Positions 1-10,192 of a DNA stretch of 64,000 nt are shown here, in pieces; the stretch's first letter is position 1; every line of letters starts with the position of its first letter. A program made the position numbers and the translations under genes. Source of the stretch: Trueperaceae bacterium (GTDB taxonomy: Bacteria > Deinococcota > Deinococci > Deinococcales > Trueperaceae); contig JAXHNB010000010.1 of the NCBI GenBank assembly GCA_034520945.1, positions 192,001 to 256,000 on the forward strand, written 5' to 3'. The notes beneath the pieces are model-generated. The model was given only the letters and a program-made list of their open reading frames with translations, did not search any database and was not told the DNA's origin.

Positions 1-172
1 TCAAGGGCCGCACGCGCAACGCGCGGACGACCGCCAACGCCAGGCCGCCGCTGATGCCGAACGTCACCACGAGCACGGCCATGGCCACCGTGACACCGAA
101 CCCGCCCAGCAGGTCGGGCAGGTAGCGCTGCATGACCTCCAGATTGAAATAGTAGTAGAGGATCTCGCTCAT
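1..172 (-). CDS. Amino acid ABC transporter permease (N-terminal part; runs off the window edge)
   Basis: Read manually from ATG at 172: MSEILYYYFNLEVMQRYLPDLLGGFGVTVAMAVLVVTFGISGGLALAVVRALR. HisM/GlnP-type N-terminus directly downstream of the ABC ATPase. Confidence 0.85.
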   Translation of the reverse strand, partial: MSEILYYYFNLEVMQRYLPDLLGGFGVTVAMAVLVVTFGISGGLALAVVRALRVRPL

Positions 173-176
173 CGAC

Positions 177-917
177 TCAGGCGTGCAGCAGTCGCTTCAG
201 AAAGGTGTTGGTGCGCTCGTGCTCGGGGGCGGTGAAGATCCGCTCGGGCGGCCCCTCCTCCAGCACGCGGCCCTTGTCCATGAACATGACGCGGTCGGCC
301 GCCTCGCGAGCGAATCCCATCTCGTGACTGACGACGATCATGGTCATGCCGCGTTCCCGAAGGCGTTTCATGACCTCGAGCACCTCGCCGACCAACTCCG
401 GATCGAGCGATGAGGTGGGCTCGTCGAACAGCACCATCTTGGGTTCCAGCGCCAAGGCGCGGGCGATGCCGACGCGCTGCTGCTGCCCGCCAGAGAGCCG
501 TTCGGGATGGACGTCGACCTTGTCCGCCAGGCCGACCTCGTCGAGGGCGGCGCGGCCACGCTGCTCCGCCTCGGTTCGCGACAACCGCAGCACCTTTCGC
601 AATGCCAGCGTGACGTTGCCGAGGGCGGTCATGTGGGGGTAGAGATTGAACTGCTGGAACACCATGCCGATCTCGCGGCGGACGTGGTTGATGTTGACGT
701 CCTTGTCGGTGATGTTGCGGCCCTCGATGCGTACTTCACCGGCGGTGGGCTCCTCGAGCCGATTGATGCAGCGCAGCAGCGTGCTCTTGCCCGACCCGGA
801 CGGTCCGATGATGCACACGACGTCGCTGGTGTCCACCCGGAAGTCGATGCCCTCGAGCACCTTGAGATCGCCGAAGGACTTGTGCAACTGGCGAATGTCG
901 AGCATCGGTTCGCTCAC
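177..917 (-). CDS. Polar amino acid ABC transporter ATP-binding protein (GlnQ-like)
   Basis: Walker [10 protein letters not shown], signature LSGGQQQRV, Walker [15 protein letters not shown]. Confidence 0.95.
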   Translation of the reverse strand: MSEPMLDIRQLHKSFGDLKVLEGIDFRVDTSDVVCIIGPSGSGKSTLLRCINRLEEPTAGEVRIEGRNITDKDVNINHVRREIGMVFQQFNLYPHMTALGNVTLALRKVLRLSRTEAEQRGRAALDEVGLADKVDVHPERLSGGQQQRVGIARALALEPKMVLFDEPTSSLDPELVGEVLEVMKRLRERGMTMIVVSHEMGFAREAADRVMFMDKGRVLEEGPPERIFTAPEHERTNTFLKRLLHA

Positions 918-980
918 GCGACCCCCTCCTTACCCATGCGTGCGCTCCGGCCGGAACCGGAGCGCACGACGCCGGGTGCG

Positions 981-1841
981 TCAGTCGTTGCCGGGCTGGT
1001 GCGGCTCGAAGGCGTACCCCTCGAAGCCGGGGTGGCCGTAGCCGACCCAAACCTTGCTCATCGCGCTGTCGGGCCCAGGCGTGTCGCCGAACCACTCCTC
1101 GTGGATGGAGGCGAACGTGCCGTCGAGCTTCATCGCTTCCACGATCCGCTCGACGCGGTTGCGGAACTCTACGTCGGCAGGCCGGAAGGGAAAGCCGAAG
1201 TTGTTGCCGGTGTAGACAATGAAGTCCACTTTGACCCGGTCGTTCTGCGTGGCGGCGTACTGCGAGGCCGGCAGATCGGCGATGTTGGCGACGGCCCGGT
1301 TGGTGAGCACCGCCTGGATCGCGTCGGCGTTCTTGTCGAAACGCTGGACGTCGAACCCGTACTCGTCGGCGTTGGCCGTGGCCCAATCATCGGAGACGCT
1401 GCCGTTGTTGACGGACACCGTTTCACCGTCGAGGTCGCTGAGGTCGTCCAGACTCTCGTCCGCGCGGATGGTGAACCCCAGCCCCGTCTGCATGTAGCCC
1501 TCGGTGAAGAGCATTTCGGCAGAGCGTTCCTCCGTGATGTTGGTCGGCGCGATGATGAACTCGAAGCGCTCGGAGTAGAGGCCCGAGAAGATCGCCGAGA
1601 AGTTCACGTCGACCACCTCGACGCCGGGACGACCGAGGCGGGAGGCGATCTCCTCGCCCACGTCGACGGAGAAGCCGACGGTCGAGCCGTCCGCTTGGGT
1701 CATGGCGAACGGCGCGAAGCCGACGTCGGCGGCGACGCGCAAGGGCGCGTCTGCGTCGTGGGTGTCCGGTTGCGCCAGGGCGGCGCCGGCGGCCAGCATC
1801 AGCGCGGTAGCAAGTACGAGGGTTCGCAGGGTCATGGTCAT
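981..1841 (-). CDS. Amino acid ABC transporter substrate-binding protein (family 3)
   Basis: Start reassigned to MTMTLR (ATG 1841, GGAG upstream). Signal peptide ...ALAQ; motifs FAPF, GFSVDV, ITEERS. Confidence 0.9.
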   Translation of the reverse strand: MTMTLRTLVLATALMLAAGAALAQPDTHDADAPLRVAADVGFAPFAMTQADGSTVGFSVDVGEEIASRLGRPGVEVVDVNFSAIFSGLYSERFEFIIAPTNITEERSAEMLFTEGYMQTGLGFTIRADESLDDLSDLDGETVSVNNGSVSDDWATANADEYGFDVQRFDKNADAIQAVLTNRAVANIADLPASQYAATQNDRVKVDFIVYTGNNFGFPFRPADVEFRNRVERIVEAMKLDGTFASIHEEWFGDTPGPDSAMSKVWVGYGHPGFEGYAFEPHQPGND

Positions 1842-1912
1842 GGGTGTCTCCTCCGAGAACGTGCGCTTGGGCGACTTGGTATGGGAACGAGCGGCGGCGG
1901 GCGGACGGATGG

Positions 1913-3283
1913 TCAGGGGCGTACGAAGCGACCGGAGCCCGGCGCCCCCACGACCTCGTCGTCGCGGAACACATCTGCGCCACGCACCAGGGTGCGGACG
2001 ACCTTGCCGGTCACGTCGGTGCCGTCGAACGGGCTCCATCGGGCGATGGACTCGGTGCGGGCGGCGTCGAAACGCCACCTCGCCGTCGGGTCTAGCACAC
2101 ATACATCGGCATCACCTCCTGGGATCAGGGCCCCCTTGCGGGGGTAGAGGCCGAACCGTTCGGCCGGGTTGGTGGCGATCAACTCGGCGAAGCGAACCAC
2201 GTCCAGGTCGCGACCCGCCACCGCCTCGCTGTACAACAGCGGGAGCAGCGTCTCCACTCCGGGCAGCCCCGAGGCGTTGTCGAAGATGACGGGCTTCGTC
2301 TTGACCGAGGCGGGCCAGGGGGCGTGGTCCGAGGTCACGAACGCGATCTGGCCCGCCTCGAGGCGGCCCCAAAGGTCGTCGCGCATCTCGGCGGGACGCA
2401 ACGGCGGGTTCATCTTGCCGAAGCCACCGAGGCTGTCCATCTGTTCCTGGGCGAGGATCAGGTAGTGCAGGCAGGTCTCGGCGGTGACGTCGACGCCTGC
2501 GTCTTGGTAGGCGCCGATCAAGTCGTAGACGAACGGCACCGTGAGGTGGACCACGTGGAGCCGCACGGGGTGGGCCCGCGCCAACTCGAGCAGCTTGGCC
2601 ACCGCGGTGCCTTCCGACTCGGGCGGACGGCTCCAACAGTGCGCCTCGGGGTTCACGGTGCCCGCCTCTCGGTATGCCTTCACGAGGGGATCGATGATCG
2701 CGCCGTTTTCGGCGTGGAAGGCGACCAACGAGCCCGTCTCGGCGATCTCAGGAAAGATGCGGACCAGTTCGCTGTCGGGAATCTCGGGGAAGCGGTTCGG
2801 GTCGGTCTCGTAGGTCGAGAGCTTGAAGGCGCACGCACCCGCCTGCGCCAACGAGGCCACGGAGGGCGCCCCCCCGAACTTCGTCAGGGTGGCGTACAAG
2901 CCCACGTCGACGACCGCCTCGCGCCCCACGACCTCGACCTTGGCCTGGAACCGCTCCGTATCGGTGATGGCGTCGGGACGATCGTAGGGCATGTCCAGCA
3001 CGGTGGTCAGACCACCCCGGGCCGCCCCCCTGGTGAGGCGCTCGAGCCCCTCCTGTTGCTCGCTTCCGCTGTACGCGTGCACGTGCGTGTCGATGCCGCC
3101 AGGAAGGACGAGCTTGCCTTGGTAGTCGAGCGTCTCGAGAGCCTCCGGCGCACCCCCGGAAGGGTGTATGCCCACGATGCGTCCCCCGTCGATGGACAGG
3201 GCACCGTTCCGTTCGACGCCGTGGGGCAGGACGAGGTCACCGATGATCACGCGGTCAACTGGCACGATTCCACTCCCATTCAT
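1913..3283 (-). CDS. Cyclic amidohydrolase (allantoinase/dihydroorotase/hydantoinase family)
   Basis: PGGIDTHVH, carbamylated Lys (AFKLS), FHAEN, VVHLT, KMNPPLR, SDHAPW, GGDAD. Confidence 0.9.
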   Translation of the reverse strand: MNGSGIVPVDRVIIGDLVLPHGVERNGALSIDGGRIVGIHPSGGAPEALETLDYQGKLVLPGGIDTHVHAYSGSEQQEGLERLTRGAARGGLTTVLDMPYDRPDAITDTERFQAKVEVVGREAVVDVGLYATLTKFGGAPSVASLAQAGACAFKLSTYETDPNRFPEIPDSELVRIFPEIAETGSLVAFHAENGAIIDPLVKAYREAGTVNPEAHCWSRPPESEGTAVAKLLELARAHPVRLHVVHLTVPFVYDLIGAYQDAGVDVTAETCLHYLILAQEQMDSLGGFGKMNPPLRPAEMRDDLWGRLEAGQIAFVTSDHAPWPASVKTKPVIFDNASGLPGVETLLPLLYSEAVAGRDLDVVRFAELIATNPAERFGLYPRKGALIPGGDADVCVLDPTARWRFDAARTESIARWSPFDGTDVTGKVVRTLVRGADVFRDDEVVGAPGSGRFVRP

Positions 3284-4031
3284 GCAGGTACGACATCCGG
3301 TTGGCGGCGGCCGTGGTGAGGCGTACGATGCGGTCTTCCTGGCCTTGGACGCGAAACACGGGCGCGATGGTGCTGACCGCGCCGATCAGCGAACCGTCGG
3401 CCCGCAGCACCGGGGCGCCCACGGTCCACACGCCCGCGTCGATCTCGCCTTGGCTGATGGCGTGACCGGCTTGGCGGATGGCGGGGATTTCGTTGCGTAG
3501 GCGCGACTTTCCAGCCTCGTCCAGGTCCGTGGCTTCGTCGATGAGGTGCGCGACGCGATCCTCGGGCAGCCAGGGCAGCATGGCCTTGGCGGAAGCGCCA
3601 CGTAGCAACGGCTTGACGGCGCCCTTCGAGAAGGTGTAGCGCAGCGGATAGGCACTCTCGACCGTCGCGACGCACACTGCCGCGTCCTCGAGGGGAAGCA
3701 GGAAGGCCACGGTCTCCCCTGATTCGGCGGCCAGCTCGTTCATGGCGGCGTGATGTGGATTGGCGTGCTCGAAGGCGCGCTGGAAGGCCGCCTCGAGCTG
3801 GACGGTGCGCGGCCCTACGGCGTAGCGCCCGCCGGACAGTTCTTGCACCACGCCGTGCGCCTTGAGGCTTGCCAGGTAGCGATAGGTGGTGCTGATCGGT
3901 TGTCGCAGGACCCGGGCGAGCGCCTCCACCCGCTGCGGCGGCGACTCCGCCAGGGCGACGAGCAGCCGAAGCAGGCGGTCCACTGTGTTCAGGCGTTGTG
4001 AGGGCATCGTGCTACGGGTCGGCCTCTCCAT
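3255..4031 (-). CDS. IclR family transcriptional regulator
   Basis: N-terminal HTH (STTYRYLASL), GETV, GASAKA, C-terminal effector domain (VGAPV). Confidence 0.92.
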   Translation of the reverse strand: MERPTRSTMPSQRLNTVDRLLRLLVALAESPPQRVEALARVLRQPISTTYRYLASLKAHGVVQELSGGRYAVGPRTVQLEAAFQRAFEHANPHHAAMNELAAESGETVAFLLPLEDAAVCVATVESAYPLRYTFSKGAVKPLLRGASAKAMLPWLPEDRVAHLIDEATDLDEAGKSRLRNEIPAIRQAGHAISQGEIDAGVWTVGAPVLRADGSLIGAVSTIAPVFRVQGQEDRIVRLTTAAANRMSYLHEWEWNRAS

Positions 4032-4130
4032 GGGAGCGTCGCGAACGGGACGTCGCCGCCTCGGCGGCGCGAAAGTTTATGCGGTCGATGGCGACGGTAG
4101 CAGCAGGTGCAGGCGATGCGCAACGCTTGT

Positions 4131-4147
4131 TTCTCACTTAGTGAGAA
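4131..4147. promoter_or_regulatory. Palindromic operator TTCTCACT-T-AGTGAGAA, likely IclR site
   Basis: Perfect 8-bp arms, ~100 bp upstream of iclR. A -10-like TAGTAT lies on the minus strand at 4181-4186. Confidence 0.65.
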
Positions 4148-4216
4148 TCGTGCTACCTCTTGCAACGACGGACCGGCGTGATACTAGTCGATTGGGTCGG
4201 TAGCGTTCTCGTACTG

Positions 4217-4831
4217 TCAGAACTGTTCCGGGGTGAGCCGGGACATGCGAAATCGGTCCGTGGTGCGAACGTACCAATCGCCTTCCATGCGACCGATGAG
4301 GCCAAGCCCCTCGGTGCGCACCCGCCGGGCGTCCGCGTCCCAATAAGCGTCGTCGAGGTGTAGCGCGACGATCGTGCCGATCACCAAGGTACGCCCCCGA
4401 CCCACTCCGATGCTCATCGCCTCCAAGCATTCCAGGCGCACGGGAGAGGCATGCACCAACGGCGTGTCGATCTTGTCCGCCGCGACAGGCTCGAGCCCGG
4501 CCTGGACCAGCTCGCTCGTGCCGGCCGGGAACGGCACCGCGCAGACGTTCATGCGCGCCGCCATCGGCTCGTTCACGAGTCCGACCCCGAATTCACGCCG
4601 TCGCCGTACGTTTCGGGGGGTATCTTTGCTTCCTCCATCGGACGCGCCCTCGATGCCCAGCACCAGCGTGGGCGGATCGTGGCCCATGACGTTGAAGAAC
4701 GAGAACGGCGCGGCATTCACCGTGCCGTCCTCGTCAAGGGTCGTGACGAGGGCGATCGGTCGCGGCACCACCGTGCTTACGAGCAGGCGGTAGCTCTCCG
4801 CGAAGTCGAGGGCCTCGAGATCGAAGGTCAT
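4217..4831 (-). CDS. Flavin reductase family protein (DIM6/NTAB)
   Basis: VVPRPIALVTT, NAAPFSFF, KDT..N, LIGRMEG. Confidence 0.92.
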   Translation of the reverse strand: MTFDLEALDFAESYRLLVSTVVPRPIALVTTLDEDGTVNAAPFSFFNVMGHDPPTLVLGIEGASDGGSKDTPRNVRRRREFGVGLVNEPMAARMNVCAVPFPAGTSELVQAGLEPVAADKIDTPLVHASPVRLECLEAMSIGVGRGRTLVIGTIVALHLDDAYWDADARRVRTEGLGLIGRMEGDWYVRTTDRFRMSRLTPEQF

Positions 4832-4977
4832 GGCTTGGAGGCAGACGATACCGCACGTCGTTGCGCGGTCGTCACGACGTCACGATGACGTCACGAACGC
4901 GCCGGCCACACCAGGCGCGACGGTCGACCCCGACCGCGCCCGCTGGCCAGGCGAGCCGACCTGTCCGAACCCGTGGG

Positions 4978-5226
4978 TCATTCGGGGGGTCGGTCTTGCG
5001 CCTGTTGACGAAGCGCCCGCGCTCTCGCGACCTCGGCCTGCTGCCGGGCGCGGCCGGCCTCGGCGACGGACGGGTACTTGTGCACACCGGCGGCAAACAA
5101 CGGTTGCTGCCCTCCTGCGCCGAAGCGCACGAGCTCGGCCATGCGCCGAAGCGCCTTCGACGGGTCATCGAGCCGCAGCGGTGCCGGCGCCATCTCCTCG
5201 ATCGATGCGTACTTCTCGACCGGCAT
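4978..5226 (-). CDS. Small hypothetical protein, partner of the nucleotidyltransferase
   Basis: 82 aa with internal repeat KYASIEE / KYPSVAE. Starts 2 nt after the stop of the nucleotidyltransferase; GGAGG RBS. Confidence 0.7.
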   Translation of the reverse strand: MPVEKYASIEEMAPAPLRLDDPSKALRRMAELVRFGAGGQQPLFAAGVHKYPSVAEAGRARQQAEVARARALRQQAQDRPPE

Positions 5227-5228
5227 GA

Positions 5229-5717
5229 TCAGCCTCCTTCGCCGGAACCGTCGCTCGGGAGTGCGAACGCGGCGGAGAGTCGGGTCGCATCGTCCTGATC
5301 ACGCAACCGCGTGGTATTCCGCTTCATGGCGTGCAGCGTAGCCGGCGTCGCGACCCGAACAGGGGTGCGCCCGACGTGCCGCACCTCGAAGGCGAGGTCG
5401 TCGTAGCCGAACGCGGTCCCGAGGCGAGCAAGGATGTCAATGATGAGCGAACCGTCCGGGGCGACATAGCGGATGATCGGGTACGAACCCGCGAGGTCGT
5501 CGACACCGATCTCGTCGATCGAAGGGTCGTCGATCACGTCGTGCAGGGCGTTCCGAAGTTTCGCCACGTTGTCGGGCGTCGTCCGCACGAACACATCGAC
5601 GTCCTCGGTGGCACGAACGAGCCCCCACACGTTCATCGCCACCCCGCCGACCAGGACGTAGTCCACGTGGTGACGGGCCAACGCCTCGAAGAAGGCCAGC
5701 AGGCGGTCTTCGTCCAT
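5229..5717 (-). CDS. Nucleotidyltransferase (Pol-beta-like; DUF6036/AbiEii-like)
   Basis: YVLVGGVAM...RATEDVDVF (GG + DxD), IDIL, LHAMK...RLRDQDD. Confidence 0.85.
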   Translation of the reverse strand: MDEDRLLAFFEALARHHVDYVLVGGVAMNVWGLVRATEDVDVFVRTTPDNVAKLRNALHDVIDDPSIDEIGVDDLAGSYPIIRYVAPDGSLIIDILARLGTAFGYDDLAFEVRHVGRTPVRVATPATLHAMKRNTTRLRDQDDATRLSAAFALPSDGSGEGG

Positions 5718-5922
5718 CTGGGGGCATCATGGCACGGAGGCCCGCCGCGTCCGCCCGCAGAATGGACGTCGGCCGGAGAGCACGCGGAGGCGGCGCGACG
5801 TCCGGGGCGTATGCTGGCCACATGTCGATACCGTTCACCAGGGATGCGTTTCGTCCTGGACGCATCGGGTGGTCCGTACCCCCGGATCGGTTCCAAACGG
5901 GCGCACGTGAGCCGCGAACGCC

Positions 5923-6876
5923 GTGAGCGGGCCCGTCGCTCCATACGGCCCTACCGATCCTGACGGCGCCCGCGGTGCCCTCCTTGGTCTCGCGGTCGGC
6001 GACGCGCTCGGCACCACGCTCGAGTTCCGGCCGCCGGGCAGCTTCGAGCCGATCGACGACATGGTCGGTGGCGGCCCGTTCGGGCTGGCGCCGGGACAGT
6101 GGACGGACGACGCCTCGATGGCGCTGTGCCTGGCGGAGAGCCTGGTCGAACGCGGCGGATTCGACGCGCACGATCAGATGCAGCGCTACCTGCGCTGGTA
6201 CCGCCACGGGCACTGGTCGTCGACCGGGCGCTGCTTCGACATCGGCAATACCACGCGTGAGGCGCTGGCGCGTTTCGAGCGGACCGGCGATCCCCTGGCG
6301 GGTCCGACCGACCCGAACAGCGCCGGGAACGGCAGCCTGATGCGTCTGGCCCCCGTGCCCATGGCGTACGCGCACGACCCTGAACGGGCGGTGGAGCTGG
6401 CTGCCGCGTCCTCCCGCACCACGCACGGCGCCCGCGAAGCGGTCGACGCATGCTGCTACTTCGCGGGCCTGCTGGTCGCCGCGATCCGTGGAACGACCAA
6501 GGACGAGCTCCTGACGCCACGCTTCGAGGTCGTGGGCGGACTCTGGGACCGTGTGCCCCTCACGGCGAGCGTCGACGAGGTCGCCGCGGGCTCGTTCCTG
6601 CATCGGGCGCCGCCCGAGATCCGTGGCACGGGCCACGTGGTGCGGTGCCTGGAGGCGGCGATGTGGGCTTTCGCCGCCACGGAGGACTTCCCAAGCGGCG
6701 CGCTGGCCGCGGTCAACCTGGGCGACGACGCCGACACCACGGGGGCGGTGTACGGCCAGATCGCGGGGGCATACTACGGCGTGGACGCGATCCCCGACGC
6801 CTGGCGTGCGCGGCTGGCGAAGCGGACCGAAGTCGAGGGGCTGGTGGAACGGTTGGTGACCTCGAACATCGCCTAG
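5923..6876 (+). CDS. ADP-ribosylglycohydrolase (DraG/ARH family)
   Basis: GLAVGDALG, WTDD, GNGSLMR, THG, GDDADTTGA. Confidence 0.95.
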   Translation: MSGPVAPYGPTDPDGARGALLGLAVGDALGTTLEFRPPGSFEPIDDMVGGGPFGLAPGQWTDDASMALCLAESLVERGGFDAHDQMQRYLRWYRHGHWSSTGRCFDIGNTTREALARFERTGDPLAGPTDPNSAGNGSLMRLAPVPMAYAHDPERAVELAAASSRTTHGAREAVDACCYFAGLLVAAIRGTTKDELLTPRFEVVGGLWDRVPLTASVDEVAAGSFLHRAPPEIRGTGHVVRCLEAAMWAFAATEDFPSGALAAVNLGDDADTTGAVYGQIAGAYYGVDAIPDAWRARLAKRTEVEGLVERLVTSNIA

Positions 6877-6971
6877 GCGGTCGCATCATGGCACGGCGTC
6901 GGGGCGGCCCACGAAGGACCGCCCTGCACGACGTCGTTCCGGCGCCCGATCGCAACGCCGACCCGTGCGCC

Positions 6972-9224
<2,253 letters not shown>

Positions 9225-9377
9225 GTGGCCTCCAGGCGCCCACCGCCCCTGTGTGGAGGCGGGCGTGGGCGCATCGTGTCCGAGGGTACCGCGGCGGTCC
9301 GGTCAACGACGGGGACATCCGGCCCTCGCATCCGGGAGCACGCTTGACTTGGCGCTGAAAGGCTGCTAGCTTGCCTA

Positions 9378-9397
9378 TGTTGAGTGTACACTCAACA
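9378..9397. promoter_or_regulatory. Perfect 20-bp palindrome TGTTGAGTGTACACTCAACA, probable TetR operator
   Basis: Ends 20 nt upstream of the tetR ATG, in the divergent icd/tetR gap. Confidence 0.8.
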
Positions 9398-9417
9398 CTC
9401 GAAGGGGGAAGCGCCGC

Positions 9418-10047
9418 ATGCCCGAACGAACGACACCCCGCCGCAGGAGCGCCGAGGAGCGCAGGCGCCAGATCCTCGACGCGGCGCTCGGCCTGTTCGC
9501 CCGCAAGGGCTACAGCGGCACCACCACCAAGGAGATCGCGCAGCAGATCGGCATCACCGAAGGGTTGATCTTCCACTACTTCGGAAGCAAGGCCGAACTC
9601 TTGGTCGAGACGGCCAAGCAGCGCAGCGCCTTGCTGGTCGAGGTCCGTGCGCTGCTGCGCGAGGCCGACGGGTTGGCCGCCGCCGAGACGATGCCACGGA
9701 TCGCACGCGGCTGGGTCGAACTCGTCCACCGCCAGGGCGACTTGGTGGTGATGCTGGTCAGCGAGGCCCACGCGCATCACGAGGTCGGCGCGGCGTTCCG
9801 CACGCTGTTCGACGAGATCCGGGACGCCCTGGCGCGCTACCTCGACGGTCGGGTCGCGGCCGGTGAGCTTCGCGCGTCGCTGTCGACGGAGGTGGCGGCC
9901 GCGTCGTTTTTGTCCTCGCTGTTGATGTTCTTCTACACCCGTCGCCACCTCGACGACGCCGCCTGGGCCGAGGCGGCCGGCCCCTTCACCCGCGACCTGC
10001 TGGACACCTGGTTCGAAGGTGCCGCCGCACGCCGGAACCCAGCATGA
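9418..10047 (+). CDS. TetR/AcrR family transcriptional regulator
   Basis: ILDAALGLFARKGYSGTTTKEIA...GLIFHYFGSK. Confidence 0.95.
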   Translation: MPERTTPRRRSAEERRRQILDAALGLFARKGYSGTTTKEIAQQIGITEGLIFHYFGSKAELLVETAKQRSALLVEVRALLREADGLAAAETMPRIARGWVELVHRQGDLVVMLVSEAHAHHEVGAAFRTLFDEIRDALARYLDGRVAAGELRASLSTEVAAASFLSSLLMFFYTRRHLDDAAWAEAAGPFTRDLLDTWFEGAAARRNPA

Positions 10048-10090
10048 CCACCTTCCACGCCTGGACACGCCAGGTGCGCTCATGCGTTCT

Positions 10091-10112
10091 ATTGAGTAAG
10101 TCACCACTCAAT
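10091..10112. promoter_or_regulatory. Second putative TetR operator ATTGAGT-N8-ACTCAAT (contains TAAGT-N4-ACTCA)
   Basis: Same TTGAGT/ACTCAA half-sites as 9378-9397, upstream of the MMPL gene. Confidence 0.65.
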
Positions 10113-10192
10113 CTTGTTGCCGAACCGAACTCGGAAGGGAGATCCCCCATGCCGCCAACCGATCTTCGCCCCCTCGCGCCCGGAGGTGTTTC

